A stretch of DNA of 64,000 nt from Lama guanicoe (Eukaryota), in NCBI GenBank assembly GCA_013239625.1, contig MU056270.1:186001-250000 (forward strand), written 5' to 3'. Shown here piece after piece: positions 21,341 through 32,126 of this stretch (position 1 is its first letter; each line of letters begins with the position of its first letter). A program made the position numbers and the translations under genes. Under the pieces are notes generated by a model, which worked only from the letters and a program-made list of their open reading frames with translations, was not told the DNA's origin and searched no databases.

Positions 21341-23799
21341 CACTCATCTTGTAGCTTTTTAAATACTTCCTCCTTCTGTTGCTTTCGACAGCCTGCTTCC
21401 TTCCTGGTTGCTGTGCCCACCCCTAAAATCAGATCTCAGAGTGTTCGGCTGGTTCTAAAAAGCCTGCCAAACGCGTCCCAGCACAGAGCGCCCCTCCCGC
21501 CCTTGGGCACCGTCTGAGGGCACAACAGCCCTCTCCCCTCCAGCTGCGTTTTACAAGGTCTCGCAAAGCCAGGCACGTCGCTGTCAATGTTTCTTTCTGT
21601 TTTGTTGCTGTTGCTAAAGGAAGGAGTTGTAGGTTCGGTAGCATCCTGAATGTGAAAAGTTACATGAAAGTGTGTGTGGAGAGAGCACAGATGAGACGGA
21701 CTCCCCGAGGCCACACGAGGGCACACCCCGCCCCCACCAGCTCTGGCGGCTGCCGGCCTGCTGGTCCAGCAGGAACATGGGGGCAGGGCTGCAGCCTGTG
21801 GGGTTAACATCCTTGCAGCTGAAGACAGTGTGGAGCTGTCAGAAATGTGTTTACTTTGCATGTGGAGCCCCAGAGTATCAGATTTGAATAATTTTGAATT
21901 TACTAGGTGGTGGCCAGATAGAAATAAGGGGAAGAAATGATCTATACTGATCTGGGGGCTCTCTCTGCTCAGCAAGAGTGCATGGACGCGAGTCAGTATT
22001 CACAGCAAGCTCTTCTCAAGCGATTTATCAGCTCGTCACATCTGAAGGAGGGTTTCAAAGGGACTCTGCGCTCTCAGCTTGTTCTCAAGGCCACACGTTT
22101 GTAAACCTTTCTTTACACACAGGGCTTGTTTGGCTGTATGGGATTCAGTTTCCTTGACAAGTAAACCCTTCCACGTGGAGTGTGTGGACAAGCTTGCCGG
22201 GCCAGAAAAGCTGACCCTGCCCGACAGCACCTCCCTGGCGAGAAGTGCCCGGGGTCACACCTAAATCAGCCCAGGCAGGTGGCCGGACACCTTCCGAAGC
22301 GGTGGGGAGTTGCGAATTCTGGGCTGCTACAGGCACCCCGTCCCCCAGCAGGACGGCGTGTGGCCCGTGGCTGTCCTCGGAGGCCCTCTGGAAGGCAGGG
22401 GCCTGGGGGCTCTCAGCAGGTGTCTGGCACGATCATTGTGAAGTCCATTTTGATCCCAACCCTCGAGCAAATGGCAAGAGTTTGGAATCTGCGGACGTTT
22501 TATGACACTTGGAAGCTGCTGCTTCTCTTTAGAATTTACGATTTGCAGTTCCTCCCTGTCCCCACAGGCACAGGCAGGATGGCGGCTTCACAGAGCATCA
22601 TCCGAGCAAACAAGACATCTCTGCCCCCATTTCCTCTCCGTCTGGGTCAGGTCTCCACGGAGATCTCTACCTGGAGGGAGATCGGCGGGTCGTCGGACAC
22701 CTCTGCCTTCATTTCTCACCTGTCAGTCCTGCTGAAGTGCTGCCCACAGGAATCTCCTCTCTCCTGGAAGCTGGCCCCTGCTGCCCCGGCCACTGGGCAC
22801 CCTTCTCTCCCCCAGGCCGCAGGTCTGACCGGTCTCTTTCTGGAGGCATTTCTTCACCCTCCTGGAGGCGTCCCTAGTCACACCCTTCTGGCTCGGTGAA
22901 GGATACTGTTGTTGAAATATTGAAAAAATGTCCCCACTGGGTGCACCCGCCTGCTCACTCCCAGGGCAGACAGAAGATGACGTGGCTCTTGTAACCCAAA
23001 GACACTGGTTCCTGGGGAGAAGAAAGAGGACATAAGGAAGCTGGGGGTTTAAGGAAGAACAACCCTTTCACCCTTTCTGGACTCCCACTCTGACCAGAGA
23101 AAATGCTCAGAGCTGAGGAAGGACGCCAGAAGGAGACATGTGTGCACGGCTGTCAGCGGCTCCCTGAGAAGGGAGCACTGCCCTGGCCTCCCAGTAAGAG
23201 AAGCGGGGAGCGAGCCCGAGTGCAGCTTGCTGGAGGAACGGTTACCGCTGGTGGGGAGGGCAGGGGCTGCAGAGGGAGGGCTCCGTGTGCCTGTGCAGGT
23301 GCGTGTTCAGGGTGTGAGTGGACACCCCTCGGGACCACCCCCCACTGCCTGGCACCACGGAAGCAGCGCCAAATTTACTAACACCTCAAGGAGAGGGGAG
23401 CCATCACAGTGAATTGAGACTGAATTTCCATTATCCTAGTGGAGTAAGAGCTAAAATGAAAATTACGCTGTTCAAGAAAACAGGAACTACTGCCAGAAGG
23501 CGACAGCCCGGCACTTGGTTTGGCATCCGCCGTGTCTGCAGCACGCCACGGGCCGTTCTCGACTGCAGTTGCTGGTTGATCGACTTTCTTCCCTAATATG
23601 GACCCTTGAAGACAGGAGCTGGGTCCCCGTGGACCTGTCCAGCCGCAGCCCCCAGCCCCTCAGGCACCGCACTCGGGACTCAGAAGGGTCTGTGGCGTCC
23701 GGCAGTGTCCAGTGGGATGTGAACTGAAACAAACGGGACACCCACCCGCAGAATGGGACACCGGGTGCCACTCCAGACGTGTGCAGGGATGAGCATTTC

Positions 23800-24040
23800 T
23801 TGATGGGGAGACATTCTCTTATGTTGTTAGGTAAAAAGCAAAGTTTCAGAACAACGTTGATAAAGGTTGAAAACTTTTATGGACTCCGTGCATAAAAATT
23901 TTTAAAAGAATAGTCCAAAGTATCAGTTGTATCCCTGAGTGTTGGAGTAACGGGGATTTTTAATTTTTATGGGTGCTTTTCTGTATTTTCCAAAGTTTCT
24001 CCAATGACCATATATTTAGTTACCAGAAGGGAAAAAAGCA
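23800..24040 (+). mobile_element. L1ME-type 3' end fragment
   Basis: CTTTTCTGTATTTTCCAAAGTTTCTCCAATGACCATATATT motif. Confidence 0.5.
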
Positions 24041-24220
24041 CAGAGGCAACCCTTCTACGTTGATGCGTCCTCTTCTGTGTACGTATGCTTTCTCTTTCTT
24101 ATGTTGCTGCTTGGGCTCCCCAGTGGCCCTGTTTCCCGGTGACACAGTGCAGAGTAACCCTTCCTGCCTGGAAGCCAGGGGCCTCAGTGCTGGCTTCTCT
24201 GGCCCTCCTTCCCTCCCCCT

Positions 24221-24330
24221 NNNNNNNNNNNNNNNNNNNNNNNNNNNNNNNNNNNNNNNNNNNNNNNNNNNNNNNNNNNNNNNNNNNNNNNNNNNNNNNN
24301 NNNNNNNNNNNNNNNNNNNNNNNNNNNNNN
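24221..24330. other. Assembly gap (110 N) with C-rich flanks
   Basis: N run. Confidence 0.99.
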
Positions 24331-24459
24331 CTCCCCCCCCAACCCTAACCCTCTTTCCTCCTCTTGGCTCACTCTTCGCCTTTGGCCCCACTATTTACCA
24401 TTCCTGTGAACCCAAAAGGTAGGGTTGCTTGGAAACAGAAAGGAAAAGATCACTGATGT

Positions 24460-25130
24460 ATATTTTTAATTGTGGTAAAATACACAGAAGTAAAATGTAC
24501 TGTCTTTAAGTGCACAGCTCAGTGGCATTAAGTACGTTCACCTAGTGCTGTGAGCCGTCACCTCGGTTCCTGCCCAGAGCTCTTCATCTCTCAAACTGAA
24601 ACTCTGTCCTCTTTGACACTAACATCCCTCCCCCCCAGCCCCTGGAAACCACCATCTACTTTCTGTTGATGAATCAGGCTCCTCTGGGGACCTCACGGAA
24701 GGAGAGACATTCAGTATTTGCTCTCTGTGACTGGTTTAGCTCACTGAACACGATGTCGGCAAGGCCGTCCTGTCGCAGCCAGTCTCAGGAGGGCCTTCCT
24801 TCCTGGGGCTCAGCGTGGCTCTGTGTGTGGAGGGACTGCCCGCCGATGCCCACTCATTCTTCTGGGTGGGCATCCTTCTGGGCTGCCTTCACCTTTCGGC
24901 TGTTGTGAGTGTTCCTGCTATGAATGTGGGGGTGCAAATATCTGTTCGAGACCCTGCTTCTAATTCTTTGGAGTATACATGGAATTGCTAGATCATATGG
25001 CAATTCTGTGTTTAATTTTTGAGGAACTTCCGTACTGTTTTCCACAGCCGAAGCACCATTTTTCATTCCCACCAACAGTTTACAAGTGTTCCAGTGTCCC
25101 CACGTCCTCACTGACACTTGTGACTTTCTG
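24460..25130 (-). mobile_element. L1MA/L1MB-type 3' fragment
   Basis: TTTTTAATTGTGGTAAAATACAC...; GGAATTGCTAGATCATATGGCAATTCTGTGTTTAATTTTTGAGGAACTTCCGTACTGTTTTCCACAG. Confidence 0.85.
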
Positions 25131-25309
25131 AAGAACAGTTTTTGAAGACTCTGTCCCTCCAGCTGACGCCTCCTGAAGACCCACTGCGCTCCTGGCCCTC
25201 GTCTGGCTTCCAGGGACGCCCCACGGGGCCCGTGGGCTGGTGAGGGGGCTGTGAGGACGGCGCAGGCGCTGTGGGTGGCGGGGCCAGTCCTGCCTCCAGG
25301 ACGGAAGTG

Positions 25310-25420
25310 TTCTTGTCCCCCTTTTTTCAGGTGGAGAAGCTGAAGTTCCTGCCTCGTGTTGAACAGCTGCTAAGAGGCAGAGCCGGGACTCTAGCCCAGA
25401 TCGCTCTGATTCCGAGCGGT
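25310..25420 (-). mobile_element. MIR SINE fragment
   Basis: CCCCTTTTTTCAGGTGGAGAAGCTGAAG...CAGCTGCTAAGAGGCAGAGCCGGGACTC. Confidence 0.6.
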
Positions 25421-27189
25421 AGCCCAGGGGCCGGGGTCAGAGATACGCACCCAGCCCAGACTTCCTGAGACGTTTCAACTTTTTCGCCAGGAGAAGCCCA
25501 CAACTACACAGGAGCCCCCACGTGGGTGGGAAGAGACTGGAAGCAGAGATGTCCAGAAAGGCAGAAGAAACCTGCTCCCGGGCTCTCATTACATTTCTGC
25601 GTCCTGGGCACCGAGAGCTTCCACACCATCAGCTCCTCCGCCCTCGACGTGATCCCAGGGCACAGGTGGGTCCTGTCTTACCTCGTCGTTGGGGGCTGAG
25701 CGCCTGGAGTGGGCACCTTGCGGGGCTGCATGGCCAGCGAGTCCCCGGGAAGGGACCGCCCCCAGCCCGTCCTGCCCCGGGCCCCCCGCTTCCTCTGTAA
25801 AACACTCTGACTCTTAGTTCCTTCTGTGAAGGGGGCTCGACCGTCACAGGGTTGTTGCCAGCATTAGTGGGTAAATGCTGCGAGAGTTAGTGCTGTGGAA
25901 ATTACTTGTAAAAGCTTGGTTTTTATTACGAGCCTCTTTGAGGGTAGGGAAGGTGTCTTATTTCAGTGTTTCCTACATTTTAGTCACATATACTCTGCCT
26001 TCACAATTTTGTTTATGATTATGTGAATATTACCTAATTAACGTTTATGATAACAAATACTATTTATTCAATTTGTGAGCTTCTATTTAAAATGTGACTT
26101 CTCAAACTATATTTGAAAGCAAACCCGTCCTCCCGCGAGGCTGCCCAGTGAGCCCTGCGGAACTTCTGGCGTCTCCCGTTGACGGACTCGGGGAGACGTG
26201 GCGGCTGGGGCTGTGGTTAAGACCCTGCGAGGCTCCAGCCAGAGTGCCTCCCCCGAGGGCGCCCACCCGCGTGACCATGGGCTGCTGACCCCTCCGGGGG
26301 ACTCGGGGCCCAGGCTGGAAGGCTCCCCCAGCTCTTCTTGCTGCAGCCCAGGGCGAGTGCCAGGAGCCCGCCTGCCTGTTCCCCGTAAGCCCAGAGAAAG
26401 TCCCTTCAGTCCAGGGTGATGATTAACTGCTTTGCAACTCGAAAGCAACACCAGCAGCAAAAGCAAAACCTCGGGTCAGGGGAAAAGCGGACCTTTGCTC
26501 ATCCCACAACCCAGTCCTTGGGGCAGCCTGGGCCCTGGGGCTCTCACCCCTGGCACTGCGTGAGCCCTCGCTGCAGGGGTGTGGGGAGGCCGGGGTGGAG
26601 CTGCCCCCTGCCCCGCAGCTGACTGACGAGCGTGCCCCCCTTCAGGATTCTGCGTTTCCCCTCCTGCCTCTGCTGCTCCTGGTCTCCTCCAGCGTGTCAG
26701 CTGTCCCCTCGGATCAGGGTTCTGCAGGCTCTCTCAAGTGGAGGCTTCCGGTGGGGCTGGGGCTGGTGTTGACCACCCTCACCTCTGAGGGGCCGCAGAG
26801 AGGGGGCTGCAGCCCCTGTGGGGAGAGCCCAAGGGGGCCACGGGGCCTGTAGAGAGGGACAGAGCCGGGGCAGCCCAGACCCTAGAGGCTGCTGGCAGGG
26901 CAGTGCTGGGGTCACCAGGCTGACAGCCTGGGCAGAGCTGGACACAGACCAGGGCCGAGGAAGCTGCAGGCAGACGCTCTGGCCATGTGTCAGGCTAAAC
27001 AGAAACCAAGAAACTCTAAGATCTGCTTTCTCAGGTGCATTTTGGCCCCTGTCCTGGTGTCACTGCTGCCTCTTTGCAGAGGGGAAAGGATGGCCATGTG
27101 CGTCAGAAGCCTCGGTGCCCTCTGCCATGGTGGGCAGCCGGGCTCTGCCCTTTGGGGTGGGTGTCCGGGCACAGGAGGATGCAGCTCGG

Positions 27190-27470
27190 GCCATGGTGCA
27201 CTGGCTCCAGTGGTCATTAAATATTATTGAAAATTTAATACTATAAGTACATGATCAATTATATAAAAAAGAAAAATAGCAAATCCTCAAAATATTCATT
27301 CCTTCCAAATTATGTGGTTACACATTACCATTTTCTCTGCTCTGGGGACTGTGTAATGGTGTCTGTGCTGTGGAAATACCACACAGCCGTGTGCTGCCCG
27401 CCATCCGCTGGCTCTGCACTCAGTGTCCATAGCTGGAACCTGGCCTTGGGGGAAGCCTTCACCCCACAGC
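27190..27470. mobile_element. Arthur1-like hAT-Tip100 remnant
   Basis: GTGGAAATACCACACAGCCGTGTGCTG...CTCAGTG...TAGCTGGAACCTGGCC resembles the recalled consensus. Confidence 0.45.
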
Positions 27471-29144
27471 ACTGCGGCCCCTCCAGCCTCCTCCAGGCCT
27501 GCAGACAGAAAGCAACCAGGGTGTCTCTTGAGCGAGCATGGAGGCGGGGACAATCCAGGGCTCTCTCGCTGCTCCCAGACCTTAGGCAGCTCTTGCCGAC
27601 CCGGACAGTGGCCTCCCTGTACTGTGTCCTGTGGGCCTCTCACTCCAGTCCCCGTTCTCCTTCTCTGGGCCACCGAGATGCGCCACGAACCCCTCTCAGT
27701 AATCCAGTGTTGCCTGGAGCCCTCCCTGGGCTGGGGCACAGAGGAACAGCCACCCTGCACTGCTGTGCGCTCCCAGGGCCTGCCTGGCCATGGCCATCGG
27801 CCTCAACGAACCAAGAGAGGCGGTGCGGGTGGGAGCAAGGGAGCCACTTGGTCTGGGGAGGGCTCGGCCCAGAGCGCGTCCAGATTTCTTTCCTATTGGG
27901 CTTCCTCTTGCCTGTCACTGCGGTCCCTTGTGGTGGGGGGGTCGCCAGGATGAGTTGGTGGCTGCAGGGCCCTGGGCACGGGCCACCCTGAGAGAAGGGC
28001 CCACAGGAGCCAGGCCCAGCCCCCCAAGAGGCTGACCTCCACCTGCAGGGCCCCGGGGAGGGTCAGCCAGCAGGAGGGATGGTCCCCGGCGACCTCAGAG
28101 GGGAGGCCCTCCGCTCAACAGAGCAGGTCACAGCCCTTCTCCTCAGGACAGCCCTCCTGTCCGGACGAGCCCCTCCTCCCCGATCTGGCAGTGCAAGCTG
28201 AGCGGGCGGGGAGATCGGAGCAGGTGAGGAGAAAGTTCAGGGGACACGGTCCAGGCCCCATCTCCCTGGTCAGCGGCAGGCTTCCAGGTTCCGAGACTTT
28301 CCCGCCTCCCGCACGTCACCCAGGCCAGGAAGGCGCGTGGCAGCGAGCGCCCAGGGGAGCAGCCTGGCTTTCTGAGGGACCGACAGTCTCAGACCCCAGT
28401 CCTCGACCCCAAGACAGGCCTCACACCTTCGAGCGGTTGTGCGGACGGAGTGGACAAGCTGGGCTCTGTCCTCGGTGCCACGTTCTGTTCCTGGGTCGCT
28501 GCAGTCAAGCAGATTCTCCAGGTGCAAGCTGAGCCCTGCAGCACCAGGAGGGGTCACGCTTTGCTGTCTCTGGAGACCATGTTTCCACCAAGTGGCTGAA
28601 GCAAGGTGCCCAGGCTGTGGCGGGGAGGCGCTGTTTCAGAAGGTGTGCGTCTGGGACCAGGCGGGGTGCTGCTGCGGATGTAACTTGTTCTCTGCGTCTT
28701 CATTCCAGTGATGTTATTCTCCAAGTGTAGACACCTTCGATTCAGCTGCGTACCCACACCACTGTTACGTTCTTGTTAGTAATTCCTATTTCTTGTTTAG
28801 TTTCCACACAAGACAGGGCTTGCCTGTAAAACCCACTGACAAAGGCAGCATTCTACATTTAGTGGAGAGATGTTATCTGCAAATCACAGGGAAGGGGTCA
28901 CACCAAGTCCTCTGTTGATGGACTAAGCCACAGGAAAGAAGTGAAGTGCACGAGTCGCTGAGAAGCAAAGCCGGCTGGCTCTCTCTAGCCAAAAGCCCCG
29001 GCCCACAAGGGTCCTGCGCGTGGCGGGTAGCACGGCCGCGTGCCTTCGCGGCTGAAGGAACCGCGGCTGGAACCATCTGCTCCCGTCCTGAGACAGTAAT
29101 CTTCTGAGGGCACGGGTGTGCTTGCACCACACCCCCCTGTGACC

Positions 29145-29168
29145 CTTCTGGTCACATGTGACCAGAAG
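29145..29168. repeat. Perfect 24-bp palindrome CTTCTGGTCACATGTGACCAGAAG
   Basis: Equals its own reverse complement. Confidence 0.97.
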
Positions 29169-29733
29169 CACACGTGTCCCTTTGGCTTTCAAATACGAAC
29201 TTGAGCTGGAGCTCAGGCACCGCCCCGGACGTCCACCCACTTTTCTGGACGTGGAGACTGCGGCGCAGGGAGGGGTTCTGTGAGGGCCTCGGCGGCAGGC
29301 GGCAGCTCGGGTCTGGGGCTGTGAGCCCAGGGCCCCGTCTGTACGACAGGTGTGGCCTTGGTGGCCCCTGGCGCCCTGGGGCAAGGCCTCGGGCAAGGGC
29401 CCTCTGGTCCTGTCCACTGCGCTCACTGCTGCCTCACTGGGACTGGCATCCTTGCTGGGTGAGGCTCCCTGCAGGGTTCTGGGAAATTTGGCCATTCCTC
29501 AGAGTATCAGCCAAGTACTAAGTCAAGTTCCTAAGACGACGTTACTGGAGCCCTCCCAGGTCCTGGGCGGGCTTGATGCTTGCAGAGACACGGTTCCCAG
29601 GGGGACGGGGTGGGGGCCGCACATGGGAACTCTGTGCTCCCTGTGCAAGTGTTCCGTAGACCTAAAGCTGCCCGGAAAGGTAAAGGCTGTTCCCTAAAAA
29701 GAAGACAGTGTCAGTGCCCCAGGTGGTTACAAT

Positions 29734-29949
29734 CAGCACCATCCCTAGCCTGATGGGAAGTTTGTGCAAATTAGCACAGGTACCTCTTTCTTACAGCCTT
29801 TTTTTTGCCAGCAACCAGGATGTGGTACTGATAAATGTACAAATATTATGTATGTGTATATTTACAAACACAGATATGAGACTGGGAGGGGTACGGCGCC
29901 CCTAGTGTTGTGCAGTGGACAACCTGCACAACAGTGCACAGCAGCCCTC
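29734..29949. mobile_element. MER91-like hAT-Tip100 DNA transposon remnant
   Basis: TGTGCAAATTAG near one end and GTTGTGCAGTGGACAACCTGCACAAC...GCAGCCCT at the other. Confidence 0.6.
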
Positions 29950-30099
29950 CTTCACCGTCCGTCCACGGGGCAGGCCAACACAGACCAATTACTAGACCGA
30001 AAGGTGAGTCAAACCAAGTCCAATAACAAGAAGACAGAAGTGTGGGGAGGCCGAGGACAAGGATGACAAACAGAATAAGGACAGGAATGGGGACCAGCT

Positions 30100-31461
30100 G
30101 GCTGCGGGGAGGTGGACGCAGCCGACGCTGACTCGGCCATGGAGGAGCCGGGGCCCATGTGCACCATGGGGCCACACGGGACACCCAGTTGGTCTCACGA
30201 CTCTCCTGGGGCAACACATCCACCGGGAAGCAATGGCCCTCTTCACTCCAGCGTCACCGCCGCCGAGAGCAGCCTTGAAACACATGCTGCTCCCCAATAC
30301 CGTGGCCTGGACCCCAGCACAGGGCTCGAGGGGGCTGTCTTCCAGCACCGGGGCCTCAGGCTTCCACGTCCTGGCTTAGCCCTCCTGCCCTGCTCACTAG
30401 GCAAATGCACCGGACGGCCTGGCCCCAGGGAGTGCCGCCCCACCGTCCACGTCACATGAGTCTTTCTGAACAAGCTACAACGAACACCTCGGCAGAGGAG
30501 GAGGGGGCCTGGGAGCCTCGCTGCCTCCAGCCTTCCCGCGGGAGCAGGAACAGAAACCCAGAGAGAGGCGGTCGGTGCGGCCACACCGTCCACAGGGGTT
30601 ACTTTTTCGCCCAGCCCATCCACGGACAGTCTGCAGGAGGAAGGCCCGAGGGGCCGGAGCTCGGACACACGACCGTCCTGCCGTGGAGCCCCTGGGAAGC
30701 GGCGGCTCGAAGACAGAGTTTAAAACTGACGGCGATGTTCCTTTCCACCGGGGCTTCCAGGAATTCTCCATCTTCATTGCAGCTGTGCTGTTTGCAGATT
30801 GTCACGTGAGCAGCAAGTGAGCAAACACACCCATGGACGTCACACCCGCCAAGCTCAGCACCGCGGCCGAGTCTCGGAGACGTGAGTGGTGGGGGCAGGC
30901 GGGCCTTCACTGGCAAAGCAGCCTCCACCGAAGAAGGTGTATGGACGGCCAGTAACCACCTGGAAAGATGTTCGACACCACTGGTCATCCGAGAACTTCA
31001 AACAAACTGCAACGAGGTCTGTACGCCTGTGAGAACGGCTAAGGTGAGAAAGAAAAACCTGACAACAGACCCGCTGGCAAGGACGCAGACCGCCCCACAC
31101 TCGCATCTGTCGTGGGGGAGAGGTGAGGAGCAGGTGCAAAGGCCAGTCTGCCAGCCTCCTTGGCCGTTTCTTACCAAGTCGAGCAGACCCCACCCTGCGT
31201 CCGAACTATCCCACCACCAGGGGTCGAACCGAGAAAGGGGAAACTTACCGTCACATAAACATAAATCCATCTTAGACGCATTTTTTTAAGTGAAAGAGGC
31301 CAGACTCAAAAGCGGCCTCTTACATGATTCCACTTATGCGACATCCTGGAAAAGTCAAAAGACGATCAGGACGGAGAACAGATCAGCGGATGTCGGGGCG
31401 AGGACGAGGGAGCTTGGGCAAGTGACGCTTGAGAACTGCACGTCAGAAAGGGTGACTTTTA
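30100..31461 (+). mobile_element. Old, GC-shifted L1M ORF2/3'UTR fragment, interrupted near its 3' end by the younger L1
   Basis: e.g. AAGAAGGTGTATGGACGGCCAGTAACCACCTGGAAAGATGTTCGACACCACTGGTCATC resembles L1 ORF2; TGATTCCACTTATGCGACATCCTGGAAAAG resembles L1M 3'UTR. Left boundary uncertain. Confidence 0.65.
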
Positions 31462-32126
31462 ACAGCATGGGGATTCCTCAAAAGACTGAAAACAGACGTG
31501 CCCTGGACCCAGCAGTCCCGCTCCTGGGCATGCATCCAGAAGGAGCCCTACTTCAGGACGACACCTGCGCCCCGATGCTCACAGCAGCACTGTTTACAAC
31601 AGCCAAGACATGGAAGCACCTAAATGTCATCGACAGATGCCTGGATAAAGCAGCTGTGGTGTATTTATACAAAGGAATACTACTCAGCCATAAAAAACAA
31701 CATAATGCCGTTTGCAGCAACATCGATGTCCCTGGAGAATGTCATTCTAAGTGAAGTAAGCCAACAGAGAAAGAAAAACACCACATAAGGTCGCTCACAT
31801 GTGGAGGAGAAGGAGAAGGAGGAGACGGAGCAGACGCATGAGCGTAAACGGGCATAGAAAACAAGCTTGTGGTTGCCAGAGGGGAGGCGGGTGGGAAGGG
31901 ACAGACTGGGAGATCGAGATTTATAGATCCCAACAGGCATACGTAGAACAGAGAAACCAGATTATCCTGTACAGCACAGAGAGGTAACACAAGACCCTGT
32001 GGCAGCTCACGGTGAGAACGATGAGAATGAATGTACGCGGGTTCACGTGTGACTGGAAGCTGGCGCTGTGCACCAGGAAGTGACACAACGCTGTAAACTG
32101 ACTGTCACTCAACCAAAATTTTTTAA
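31462..32126 (+). mobile_element. 5'-truncated L1 (ORF2 end + 3'UTR), camelid-type, with 15-bp target-site duplication
   Basis: L1 motifs (CAGCACTGTTTACAACAGCCAAGACATGGAAGCACCTAAATGTC; CATTCTAAGTGAAGTAAGCCA); flanks AAAGGGTGACTTTTA (31447-31461) and AAAGAGTGACTTTTA (32127-32141). Confidence 0.88.

Larger units (their letters stand above)
4924..21360 (+). other. IRF4: IRF4 gene span (interferon regulatory factor 4): 9 exons; TSS and 3' end approximate
   Basis: Exons 3-9 have AG/GT boundaries and join in frame (187+89+145+108+354+113+144 nt). With a 216-nt coding exon 2 this gives 1356 nt = 451 aa + stop. Peptides match IRF4 from MNLEG...MSAVSC to ...RSIRHSSIQE*. Confidence 0.98.
17938..21360 (+). 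other. IRF4: IRF4 3'UTR (end approximate)
   Basis: Follows the stop codon; AATAAA at 21290-21295 and ATTAAA at 21335-21340 are followed by T-rich sequence; length similar to the long human UTR. Confidence 0.65.

Noticed and set aside
31290-31754. 154-aa ORF with L1 ORF2-like words
   Set aside because: Decayed, truncated L1 fragment, not an active element or host gene.
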